Part shown: one piece after another, positions 48,374 through 56,426 of the stretch
Layout: every line of letters starts with the position of its first letter
Numbering within the stretch: the first letter of the stretch is position 1
Assembly (NCBI GenBank): GCA_023261845.1
Contig: JALNJZ010000009.1
Coordinates: 1 to 56,426, forward strand
Length of the DNA: 56,426 nucleotides
Direction of reading: 5' to 3'
DNA from: Candidatus Terraquivivens tengchongensis
Lineage (GTDB): Archaea; Thermoproteota; Nitrososphaeria_A; Caldarchaeales; Wolframiiraptoraceae
Notes under the pieces: model-generated
Told to the model about the DNA's origin: nothing
The model's input: only the letters and a program-made list of their open reading frames with translations
Database searches by the model: none
Position numbers and translations under genes: made by a program

Positions 48374-48700
48374 ATGATGGAATTCTGCCCGAACTGCGGA
48401 AAGGTCCTGTCCCTCGTGAAGAAGTCAGATGCCGTTGTACTCGTATGCAAGAAGTGTGGTTTCGAAAAGAGTATGGAAAAAGCCGTGACCCAGGTATCAT
48501 CGAAGAAAAAATCGAAAGTTTTAACAATTGAAAAAGAGACCCCGGACGAGGAGGTATTGCCTACAATAGATGCCTTGTGTCCCGAATGCGGAAATAACAA
48601 GGCTTACTGGTGGACTGTGCAAACGAGGTCTGCTGATGAGCCGATGACAACCTTCCTTAGGTGTACACGTTGCAAGCATACATGGAGAGAATACGGTTAA
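48374..48700 (+). CDS. tfs: transcription factor S
   Basis: FCPNCG, CPECGN, QTRSADEPMT, CTRCKHTWRE. Confidence 0.96.
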   Translation: MMEFCPNCGKVLSLVKKSDAVVLVCKKCGFEKSMEKAVTQVSSKKKSKVLTIEKETPDEEVLPTIDALCPECGNNKAYWWTVQTRSADEPMTTFLRCTRCKHTWREYG

Positions 48701-49425
48701 ACCAAAAGTAGGCATTTTTTCTTACTGCCTGGCGGTAGCAGGATTTTTTTCCAGAGCTGTTCTTTTGCCATGATGCTGAACAGACCCGTTACAAATGCCC
48801 CCCTCTTCTGAAGCATGTTGACCGCAGAGTTGACTAAAGAGTCCGAATTTAGGAAGGAAGATATCATGAGAACGCTATCCTTATTCGACACGGTGTTTTT
48901 CGGTAACCATAGCTTGAATTTCTCGACGAAACCTGGAATCTTGTACGTCAATGTTATGGTCTCATCATCGTCCCAAAGCGGTCTTTCACTCAACAGCAGT
49001 ATCTTCCTATCGGTAGTGATCGCCGAGACAGTTGATAACGGAATGCTATGCACATCTAGGGGCATTATGGCCGTTAACTTACTACCTGAGAATTCATTCA
49101 CTATGAAGAAGTTGATAAGTTTAAGCATGTTTGGGTTCGATACGACCTCGTAAACGTTCGCGCTATCCTCGCTTATCAAAACCTTCTCTTTGATGAGCTC
49201 CGCTATATCTACGAGCGATATGACTTTTTCGATGATCTTCTTTACATTCTGGGACCGTGGTACTGTTTTGTTTTTTATGTAGCGGTTAAGAGTAGGAGTC
49301 GGTAGCCCGGTTATTTCGGATAACGTTTTGTAGTCGTATTTTTGTTTAAGAAGTTTGAGTAAATCAAGCGCCACGGTTTCCATACCGTGCATGAGCGATG
49401 TACTTTTTACAAACGTTCTAACCAT
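48697..49425 (-). CDS. HTH plus phosphoribosyltransferase-fold regulator
   Basis: N-terminal YKTLSEITGLPTPTLNRY; PRT-like C-terminal domain with degenerate PRPP loop. Confidence 0.8.
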   Translation of the reverse strand: MVRTFVKSTSLMHGMETVALDLLKLLKQKYDYKTLSEITGLPTPTLNRYIKNKTVPRSQNVKKIIEKVISLVDIAELIKEKVLISEDSANVYEVVSNPNMLKLINFFIVNEFSGSKLTAIMPLDVHSIPLSTVSAITTDRKILLLSERPLWDDDETITLTYKIPGFVEKFKLWLPKNTVSNKDSVLMISSFLNSDSLVNSAVNMLQKRGAFVTGLFSIMAKEQLWKKILLPPGSKKKCLLLV

Positions 49426-49806
49426 CTTTCGACTTTAAAACCATCTGCTGACTACATGATAAAGCTTTTTTCTCACGATCTTCTGTGGTAAAATTCTTGT
49501 GCGCATCGAGTATTATCAATAGGTTGTTTTGGAGATTACAAAAGACTTTAAGGTAGAAAATTCTTAGACCATTTAAGCGCGCAAGTCTTTAGAATCATTA
49601 ATAGGCCTTTGGCAGATTTTTAACAACTTCTCGCATTTATGAGATGTATTGGAATGAGTTCACAACTATTCAGTAAAAATTGATTCAGTTCGTGATTTTC
49701 TACGAAAAAGCTTCCTGCTCGTCAGCTTTTTCGAATATACTCTTGGAAAATTTTTATATATTTTTATGAAATTAAAAGAATAACAAAAATAGGGTGGGGG
49801 GAAGCA

Positions 49807-51012
49807 TTGGGAAGGTATGCCTTAGTAGTAATTTTAGCGTTTGCATTGATTGCAAGCATTTTTAGCACCATTCCAGCAGGAGTTTCAGCGCAACCTATGC
49901 TCATCAATTTTCAAATAGAGATCACTACCAGCGGAGGGGTAAACAGATTCTTCACGGTTTCTGCTGGGGATACGTTGGTACAGGTTGTTAATCCAATATA
50001 CAGCGTTTCTACATCAATATTAAATAATGCGATGCTCACTACGAGGGAAAGCTTTATCGGAACAGTTTCCGGAGATTTGACAGGAACATTAACTGAAGGG
50101 ACCTTTAACACAATATGGGTAGATATAACACAGACCTCCATGAGGGGTCTGACCGTCGGTCACGCCCATTACAGCGACTCACATGGTGCTATTGATTTGA
50201 TAATGATACTGGATGTAGAAGCGATTCTTAGTGGTAATAACATCGTAGGGGCATCGCTCAAAGGATATGCTTTCAGTAAGAGTACCACAGGAGCGTATGC
50301 CAGCAAGGAAGTTTTTACTAAACTTGAAGGTTCCTTGACCGGTGCAAATAAGTGGAGCTTTACGGGACGTGGATGGATATTTAATGAAGCACAGGGAATA
50401 TCGAAGACTTTTGATGTTTCCGGCTCTCGAGAAAGCGCACCTGGTAATACAAGGACTTTAAACTTGCAGACTGGTGATACGATCGTGCAGTTTACAAGGA
50501 CGGATATAACCCTTGACAGTAGTGCTTCCGCCGAATTTACTACAAAACAAAAACTTACCGGCTCCGTGACGGGAGGTATTACTGGCTCCTTCACCATCGA
50601 TTCAAATGCCCTTATAATAACCTCAGGAACGTACAGTGGAAAAGGCTTCAGCATAGCCAGATTCGCCTTCGAGGGGTCGCCCGATACAATAGATGGCTTT
50701 TTAATACTTGATAACACGAACTTCGGCCAGCATGACGGATTTATTGTCAGTGTCTCAGGAACGGGAATATTCAAAAACAAAATATTGATAGGAGAATTTC
50801 AAGGTACCTTTACAGGTCCTCCAAATTACTATGGTTATCAAGGAACAGGTGATGTAAGAATTTATTCTATACCTTACTTGGTCGGCGGCGAGATAGTAGT
50901 AGTGCAAAACAATAAATTGACTTCTGGAATCCTAACGACGCTATGGATTTATGGAGCGACTTTAATAGTACTCGCTGTCGTAGCTATGATGATCTTTAAA
51001 AAGAGAAAATAA
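49807..51012 (+). CDS. secreted, C-terminally anchored Gly/Thr/Ser-rich surface protein
   Basis: Signal peptide, duplicated beta-rich domain, VGGE motif, TM helix, KKRK tail. Confidence 0.8.
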   Translation: MGRYALVVILAFALIASIFSTIPAGVSAQPMLINFQIEITTSGGVNRFFTVSAGDTLVQVVNPIYSVSTSILNNAMLTTRESFIGTVSGDLTGTLTEGTFNTIWVDITQTSMRGLTVGHAHYSDSHGAIDLIMILDVEAILSGNNIVGASLKGYAFSKSTTGAYASKEVFTKLEGSLTGANKWSFTGRGWIFNEAQGISKTFDVSGSRESAPGNTRTLNLQTGDTIVQFTRTDITLDSSASAEFTTKQKLTGSVTGGITGSFTIDSNALIITSGTYSGKGFSIARFAFEGSPDTIDGFLILDNTNFGQHDGFIVSVSGTGIFKNKILIGEFQGTFTGPPNYYGYQGTGDVRIYSIPYLVGGEIVVVQNNKLTSGILTTLWIYGATLIVLAVVAMMIFKKRK

Positions 51013-51027
51013 TCCCCCATTTTTTTA
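51013..51027 (+). terminator. pyrimidine/oligo-T terminator candidate
   Basis: TCCCCCATTTTTTT immediately after the stop codon. Confidence 0.45.
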
Positions 51028-51153
51028 GTTATCCTAACGTTTTCTCCTTTGAGTCCACACCTAATGAACTTCTGGACTGGATTTGCTGGAATCGCAGTTA
51101 TTATGGATTTCCGTAACATCATGAATATAAATCCAAGGAAAAATCAGAATTAT

Positions 51154-51242
51154 GGGCCCGTAGCCTAGAATGGACAGGGCGTCGAGCAAAACGCGCAAGC
51201 CTTCGGAGCCGGAGGTCGCGGGTTCAAGTCCCGCCGGGCCCG
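51154..51242 (+). tRNA. tRNA-Arg (TCG) with a 14-nt non-canonical intron (51185-51198) at 29/30
   Basis: Removing AGCAAAACGCGCAA restores the anticodon stem TCGGC/GCCGG; BHB-like junction GCGT/GCGC with CGA and AAG bulges. Confidence 0.92.
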
Positions 51243-51288
51243 CATCCAACATGAAAAACTTATCATGGGTGTTTGTCCAATGCTTTTC

Positions 51289-51924
51289 ATGGAAGTGAAA
51301 ATCGTCGGCATAGATTTGGCCGGCTCAGAGAATAGACCAACTGGTTTCTGCACGATGACAGAAGACCTCGCCGCAAGAACTAGCATCGTTTATAAGGACC
51401 ATGAGATCCTCGAGCTCATCAAGAAAGAAACGCCGAGGATAGTCGCCATAGACGCACCGCTTAGTCTGCCGCGTGGAAGAACGTCCCTTGAAACAAGAGA
51501 ACCGTACCATTTGAGGGAATGCGACCGCGATCTCCTGAAGATGGGAATAAAGTTTTTCCCAATTACGCTCGGACCGATGAGAAAGCTGACGGAAAGGGGC
51601 ATGAGGCTTAAGTCCATCATTGAACGTCTTGGTTTTGAAGTAATCGAGGTATATCCTGGAGGTGCTCAGGATGTCTTGCGAATACCGAGAAAGCATGTTA
51701 GCCTTGAAGGCCTGCTCCGTGGTCTTAGAAGGCTCGGCATTAAGGGATTAAAACACGGCATGAGCGGTGATGAATTGGATGCGGTCACGTGTGCGCTGGT
51801 AGGTTATCTCTATCTAAAGGGAGATTATGTAGCCTTGGGCGATGAAGAAGAGGGAACGATAATAATGCCCAAATCTAAGAATGTAAGGCATGCGTTGCGA
51901 TTTGCAAGAAGAGAGCGAGAATAA
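51289..51924 (+). CDS. DUF429 RNase H-like fold protein
   Basis: VGIDLAG, AIDAPLSLP, RECD, IEVYP, DELDA. Confidence 0.88.
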   Translation: MEVKIVGIDLAGSENRPTGFCTMTEDLAARTSIVYKDHEILELIKKETPRIVAIDAPLSLPRGRTSLETREPYHLRECDRDLLKMGIKFFPITLGPMRKLTERGMRLKSIIERLGFEVIEVYPGGAQDVLRIPRKHVSLEGLLRGLRRLGIKGLKHGMSGDELDAVTCALVGYLYLKGDYVALGDEEEGTIIMPKSKNVRHALRFARRERE

Positions 51925-52003
51925 CGATATTCAGACACTATAAAAACATATCGTTCTGCAGAAGGTTATGGATAATAAATCGGTCTGTCTATATTAGATC
52001 GCC

Positions 52004-52921
52004 TTGGAGACAATATTCGCTGAGCGCTTAGTAAAGGTTTATGGTAACGGCTTCTATGCCCTAAAGGGCATTACACTTACTGTTAACTCTGGAACAGTAT
52101 TCAGCCTTCTTGGTAGAAACGGTGCGGGAAAGACGACTTTTTTGAGGATAATGACGACCCAGCTCTTACCGACGAGCGGAACTGGAAAGGTTTTGGGATA
52201 CGACGTCGTTGAAGAGGCGGATGAAGTAAGGAAGAGGATAGCCGTTGTACCTCAAGAGTCTAAGCCCATGTACCTTCTTACTGTTAAAGAGCATGTAAAG
52301 TATTATTTGATGATGAGAGACTTCTCGATGCTCGAGGCATCCGAGAAGACGCGCAAGGTTTTAGATGATCTCGGCCTCAAGGAATATGCCGACACGCTTT
52401 GCATGAAGCTCTCAGGTGGGCTGAAGAGGAAAGTACTCGTGGCGATGGCCGTCGCTACGGAGGCCGACGTTATCTTCCTTGATGAACCGACTACAGGTCT
52501 TGACCCGATAGCTAGAAGGCTTGTTTGGGACGTCATAAACAGGGCTGCGATGTCGGGCCGAACAATCTTCTTAACGACGCACAACATGGATGAGGTCGAG
52601 GCGGTCGCAGACGAGTTTGCTTTGATCAACGACGGCGAGCTCGTAGCCCAAGATTATGTGGATGAGGTGCAACGCATGCTTCCGTACAAGATGAGGGCAG
52701 AAGTTCAGGTTACCGCATCAAGTCCGGAAGAACTATCGGAATTCGGCGAGGTTATCACGATAGGTAGAAGGTTAATCATCTATCCGAGAGACGAAGAGGA
52801 TTCTAGAAGGCTTTATGACTACTGCGCGGCAAAAGGTCTGAAGTTATCGGTTTCACCGGTTGGTGTTGAGGATGTGTTCATCAGGAAGGTGATCGCCCAT
52901 GGAGTTTATGAAGAACGCTAG
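52004..52921 (+). CDS. ABC exporter ATP-binding protein
   Basis: GRNGAGKTT, LSGG, FLDEPTTGLD, TTH. Confidence 0.96.
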   Translation: METIFAERLVKVYGNGFYALKGITLTVNSGTVFSLLGRNGAGKTTFLRIMTTQLLPTSGTGKVLGYDVVEEADEVRKRIAVVPQESKPMYLLTVKEHVKYYLMMRDFSMLEASEKTRKVLDDLGLKEYADTLCMKLSGGLKRKVLVAMAVATEADVIFLDEPTTGLDPIARRLVWDVINRAAMSGRTIFLTTHNMDEVEAVADEFALINDGELVAQDYVDEVQRMLPYKMRAEVQVTASSPEELSEFGEVITIGRRLIIYPRDEEDSRRLYDYCAAKGLKLSVSPVGVEDVFIRKVIAHGVYEER

Positions 52922-53642
52922 GGCCATATTTGCACTCGTTATGCTCAACGGCATTAAGCCTGTCATGAGGAGCCCTCTCTGGCTTATCGTTATGCTCTCT
53001 TACCCTTTAATACTCGTCTTCTTCATCAACATCTTCGCGGAGTATGCAGTAGTGGATGCCCTTGTGGGCGGACTTATTTCGCTCGTCGTGATGAGCGGCA
53101 TAGCAATCCAAGCAGACATAGTCTGGTATAAAGTTGAGCTCAAGTTCCAAGACATGGTGGTGGCATCGCCGGTTTCACCAACAATCTACATGGTTGGCAT
53201 AGCGATCTCCGAACTCGTATACAGCTCTCCGGCAATAGCCCTCTTCTTAGTACTCATGGCCCTAAAGGGGATTTTGAGCATCTCGAGCATCCCGATGCTT
53301 ATGCTATCCATGCTGTTATGCTGGCTCTCGGCCCTCTCCCTAGGTTTTTACCTCTCGACACGCATCTCAGACATCAGGCATATATGGGCGCTTGAGGGTC
53401 TGCTCTCGATAGTGCTCAGCATGCTCCCACCGATATACTATCCTATGAGCCTCCTACCAGAATGGGGCCAGATAGTATCTATGTTTGTCCCAACCACACA
53501 TGCTGCGCTACTGATGAAAGAGGCAGTCGGCATAATATCGCTCATGGAGCATCAGAGGCTGATGAGCTTGGCGGTTCTTCTTATATGGACAATTGCGCTT
53601 ATGCTTTTGGCAAAAAGAAAGTCTGTCTGGAGAGAACCATGA
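52899..53642 (+). CDS. ABC-2 type permease
   Basis: Six TM helices, PPIYYP..LP; overlaps the ATPase gene. Confidence 0.9.
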   Translation: MEFMKNARAIFALVMLNGIKPVMRSPLWLIVMLSYPLILVFFINIFAEYAVVDALVGGLISLVVMSGIAIQADIVWYKVELKFQDMVVASPVSPTIYMVGIAISELVYSSPAIALFLVLMALKGILSISSIPMLMLSMLLCWLSALSLGFYLSTRISDIRHIWALEGLLSIVLSMLPPIYYPMSLLPEWGQIVSMFVPTTHAALLMKEAVGIISLMEHQRLMSLAVLLIWTIALMLLAKRKSVWREP

Positions 53643-53683
53643 ATAGTTTAAATCCAAAATTTACATGAATAGACAGCCAGGAG

Positions 53684-54625
53684 TTGGATGTAAGGGTCCT
53701 TGACGTATTCGCTGGCGGTGGAGGGTTCAGCATAGGGTTCGGCGAAACGGTTAAGGCGGCTATAGAGAATCACCCGCATGTTGTCAAGACATACGCGCAT
53801 AACTTTCCATGGGTCTGCCTTTTTCCAGAAGACGTGAAGAGGGTTAGCGGGAGAAAAATCTTAGAGGCCGTTGGTGAGGTGGATGTGGTTATAGGCGGAC
53901 CACCATGCGAACCATTTACGAGCATGAACAGAAAAAGGAAAAAAGACCCGCTGGACAGGTTGATGTCCGACGCCCAGGGTAGGTTAATGCTTGAGTTTAT
54001 CCGCCTGGTTAATGAACTCAAGCCGAAGATATACGTAATGGAGAACGTGCCCGAGCTGGTCGAGGAACCGCTCGGAGACGTCCTGAAAGAGCTTTTCAAG
54101 AGAATAGGTTACGATGCACACTTCAACTTCCTAGAAGCTCAGCGCTATGGTGTACCTTCCAGAAGATATAGGGTCTTCATCTCTAACGTAAAGATCGACT
54201 TATGCGGGATGGAGGAGAAAGCCAAGTGCGTTGAAGAGGCCTTGAAGGGACCTCCACCTCTTGGAGAAGCGCCAAATCATAACCTCGTCAAGGTCGGTGT
54301 CGTTAGGCAAAGGAAGATAGCGGGTCTGAGGTGGGGCGAGGCCCTTTTCAGCTTTAGAGATTCTTTGAACCGGGTACATAGGAATTGGGTGAGGTTGCAT
54401 CCAAAGAAGCTCGCTCCCACGATTCACGGCAAATCTAGATTCATCCATCCGTACGAAGACAGGCTGTTGACGGTGAGGGAGCAGGCGCGCTTGATGAGCT
54501 TTCCGGACAACCACGTATTCTATGGCGGAATAGATAGTCAGTTCGATCAGGTTGGCGAGGCCGTTCCGCCGCTCCTTGCAAAGAAGATAGCCCAATGCGC
54601 ATTCATAAAATTGAATGAAATCTAG
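53684..54625 (+). CDS. C5 cytosine DNA methyltransferase
   Basis: FAGGGG (I), GGPPC (IV), MENV (VI), RYRVF (VIII), RLLTVRE.ARL (IX), QVGEAVPP (X). Confidence 0.93.
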   Translation: MDVRVLDVFAGGGGFSIGFGETVKAAIENHPHVVKTYAHNFPWVCLFPEDVKRVSGRKILEAVGEVDVVIGGPPCEPFTSMNRKRKKDPLDRLMSDAQGRLMLEFIRLVNELKPKIYVMENVPELVEEPLGDVLKELFKRIGYDAHFNFLEAQRYGVPSRRYRVFISNVKIDLCGMEEKAKCVEEALKGPPPLGEAPNHNLVKVGVVRQRKIAGLRWGEALFSFRDSLNRVHRNWVRLHPKKLAPTIHGKSRFIHPYEDRLLTVREQARLMSFPDNHVFYGGIDSQFDQVGEAVPPLLAKKIAQCAFIKLNEI

Positions 54626-54730
54626 CACTTGTAACCATCGTTTTTTGGCCTGCTTCATGCATCAAGGAAACATTAGAGCACAAAAATCTTATATATCCAA
54701 TACACCTCCAAAAAATTTGAGGAGAATTTT

Positions 54731-55330
54731 ATGGCGTTTAAGGCGAAAGAAACAGCGGTAGTTATGATAGAGTTTCAGAACGATTTTTGTAAGCCTGGCT
54801 TTCCGCTTTACCCTGGTGTTGAGCAGATATTGAAAGAGTACAAGGTAATCGAGAACGCTGTAGAGCTTGCTAAGAGTGCTAGGGAGAAAGGGGCTCTTGT
54901 CATAGGTTGCCCGATTACCTTCGAGCCGGATTATAAGGACTTAGGTCAGGAATTCGGTATAAAGGCTAACGTCAAGAAGGGTGGAACGTTCAGAAAAGGA
55001 ACGAAGGGTGCCGAGTTCATAGATGAGTTGAAGCCGTATGTAGATATCTATGTTGAGGGAAAGAGGGGCCTGGACGGATTCCATGGAACAAACCTCGACG
55101 CAATACTCAGGTATAATGGAATCAAGAATGTTGCAATATGCGGCTTCTTAACAAACGTTTGTGTTGAGTCTACGGCTAGGACGGCGTACGACCTGAACTA
55201 CCATGTGATAATAATCAAGAATTGCACTGCGGCGCTATCTTGGGAGGAGCAGAGGTACGCAGAGACAAAGCTCTTTCCCTTGATAGCTGAAGTGATGACG
55301 CATAAGGAGTTCTTGGAGAAGATCGTGTAA
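54731..55330 (+). CDS. isochorismatase-family cysteine hydrolase
   Basis: IEFQNDF, GKRGLDGF, GFLTNVCVESTAR. Confidence 0.92.
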   Translation: MAFKAKETAVVMIEFQNDFCKPGFPLYPGVEQILKEYKVIENAVELAKSAREKGALVIGCPITFEPDYKDLGQEFGIKANVKKGGTFRKGTKGAEFIDELKPYVDIYVEGKRGLDGFHGTNLDAILRYNGIKNVAICGFLTNVCVESTARTAYDLNYHVIIIKNCTAALSWEEQRYAETKLFPLIAEVMTHKEFLEKIV

Positions 55331-55678
55331 CTTCCCTTTTATTTTTTTGATCATCATGTAGAGGAGAATGCAGAAAATGTAAAGTCAGGTTTAACATTTA
55401 TAGGGTCTGGTGAAGCTCTTGATTGTAATTTTAAAACTTATTAGCGGTTATTAAGAAGTGTAGTTTAATCTTACACGTTGGGACAAATTATTAAAATGAG
55501 GGTTCACACAGCTCTCAGCAATTAATTTATCAATAGTTGATTCCATATAACCTCTCTTTCTACACCACCAGAGAAAATTAAAGTAGATTTAGCGAATTAT
55601 AAAGTGATTTTTCACGGCATCATTCGGTAGGAGAAAACAATAATAATTTGCTAAATACTATCTAAAAAGGGGCTTAAA

Positions 55679-56026
55679 GTGCACAATGATAACGTTACTA
55701 CGATTAATGAGTTAAAAGTTTTAGTTGAAAATTTTGTTAAAGCCAGAAAGTGGGAAAAGTTTCACACTCCTAGAAATCTTGCCGAATCCATTTGTATAGA
55801 AGCCGCCGAGCTATTAGAGATATTTCAATGGAACTTGGAAAATGAATCAATAAATGACCCAATCACTTTAGATAAAATAAAGGAAGAATTAGCTGATGTA
55901 CTCATTTATTGTATAAGCATGGCTAACAATGTGAAGATAGATATAGCCACTTCCATAGTAGATAAAATTAGGAAAAACGAGGAGAAATATCCTCTTGAAA
56001 GATCTGATGAATTCTTTAAAAGGTGA
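55679..56026 (+). CDS. MazG-like nucleotide pyrophosphohydrolase (dCTP pyrophosphatase type)
   Basis: WEKFHTPRNLA..EAAELLEIFQW, EELADV, KNEEKYP. Confidence 0.92.
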   Translation: MHNDNVTTINELKVLVENFVKARKWEKFHTPRNLAESICIEAAELLEIFQWNLENESINDPITLDKIKEELADVLIYCISMANNVKIDIATSIVDKIRKNEEKYPLERSDEFFKR

Positions 56027-56038
56027 TGGTGAAAAGAT

Positions 56039-56426
56039 ATGGAGATATTTTTAGCAACAGCATCAAAATCTAAATCCCGGAAAAACTTGCAGGACACGGT
56101 CATTAAAGGTGTTAAGATCACAAAAATACAAGGTTTAGTCACGAGTAATATTCTCGAGAAGCTTAAATCAATATATAATGATGGAAAAGCAAGAATTTGG
56201 GGCTTTATTGAAGGAAAAAATAACGATAGATTTTGGAATATGATGGCTGAAGATGATATAATCCTTTTCAATACTGATAAAGAAAGTTACGGAGTAATCT
56301 CTAAGGTTTTAACGAAAGAAAAAACACTTCTCTTGCTAAGGAATTATGGGGACCTGATGAAAGAACCAAGAAATATTATGATAGGATAATTTATCTTAAG
56401 GATGTGCGACTAATTAATGCGCCAAT
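56039..56426 (+). pseudogene. AT-rich EVE/PUA-like domain gene, apparently frameshifted at an A6 run and running off the window
   Basis: IWG...N...W..M..DDIILF; shifting -1 at 56319-56324 gives KEKNTSLAKELWGPDERTKKYYDRIIYLKDV, open to the window end. Confidence 0.55.

Noticed and set aside
51061-51386. Short - strand ORFs
   Set aside because: Antisense to tRNA-Arg and the DUF429 gene.
1-56426. cas genes, transposases, integrases, rRNA genes; numerous short antisense ORFs in the track
   Set aside because: No motifs for these classes were recognised. The short ORFs are shadows of longer, well-supported genes.

Overview
Archaeal genomic window, most likely from a TACK lineage such as Aigarchaeota/Nitrososphaeria. 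This is inferred from the Rpo11-TFS-Csl4-Dph2 and L44e-S27e-aIF2a-Nop10-PAC2 clusters, Alba, a non-catalytic tRNA splicing endonuclease subunit and tRNAs with non-canonical introns. The window opens inside a CRISPR array (15 identical 30-bp repeats, no cas genes in view), followed by a small decayed mobile-element-like patch and a membrane glycosylation cluster. Most of the rest is housekeeping: pheS/pheT, tyrS, alaS, aroC, speD/speE, GAPN divergent from glpK-glpA-coxG, moaA, H+-PPase, an ABC exporter and three tRNA genes. It ends with an orphan C5 DNA methyltransferase and an AT-rich MazG-like plus EVE-like pair that is probably the edge of a defence island. The main unexplained signals are: a dispersed ~50-bp palindromic element in two copies; a 79-nt GC-rich hairpin between pheT and tyrS; a structured speD leader that hides the Shine-Dalgarno site; a two-gene glycan synthase plus Zn-ribbon/nuclease-fold insertion between pheS and pheT; and a moaA with no canonical start codon. 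All calls come from reading the sequence and recognising motifs; no searches were run.
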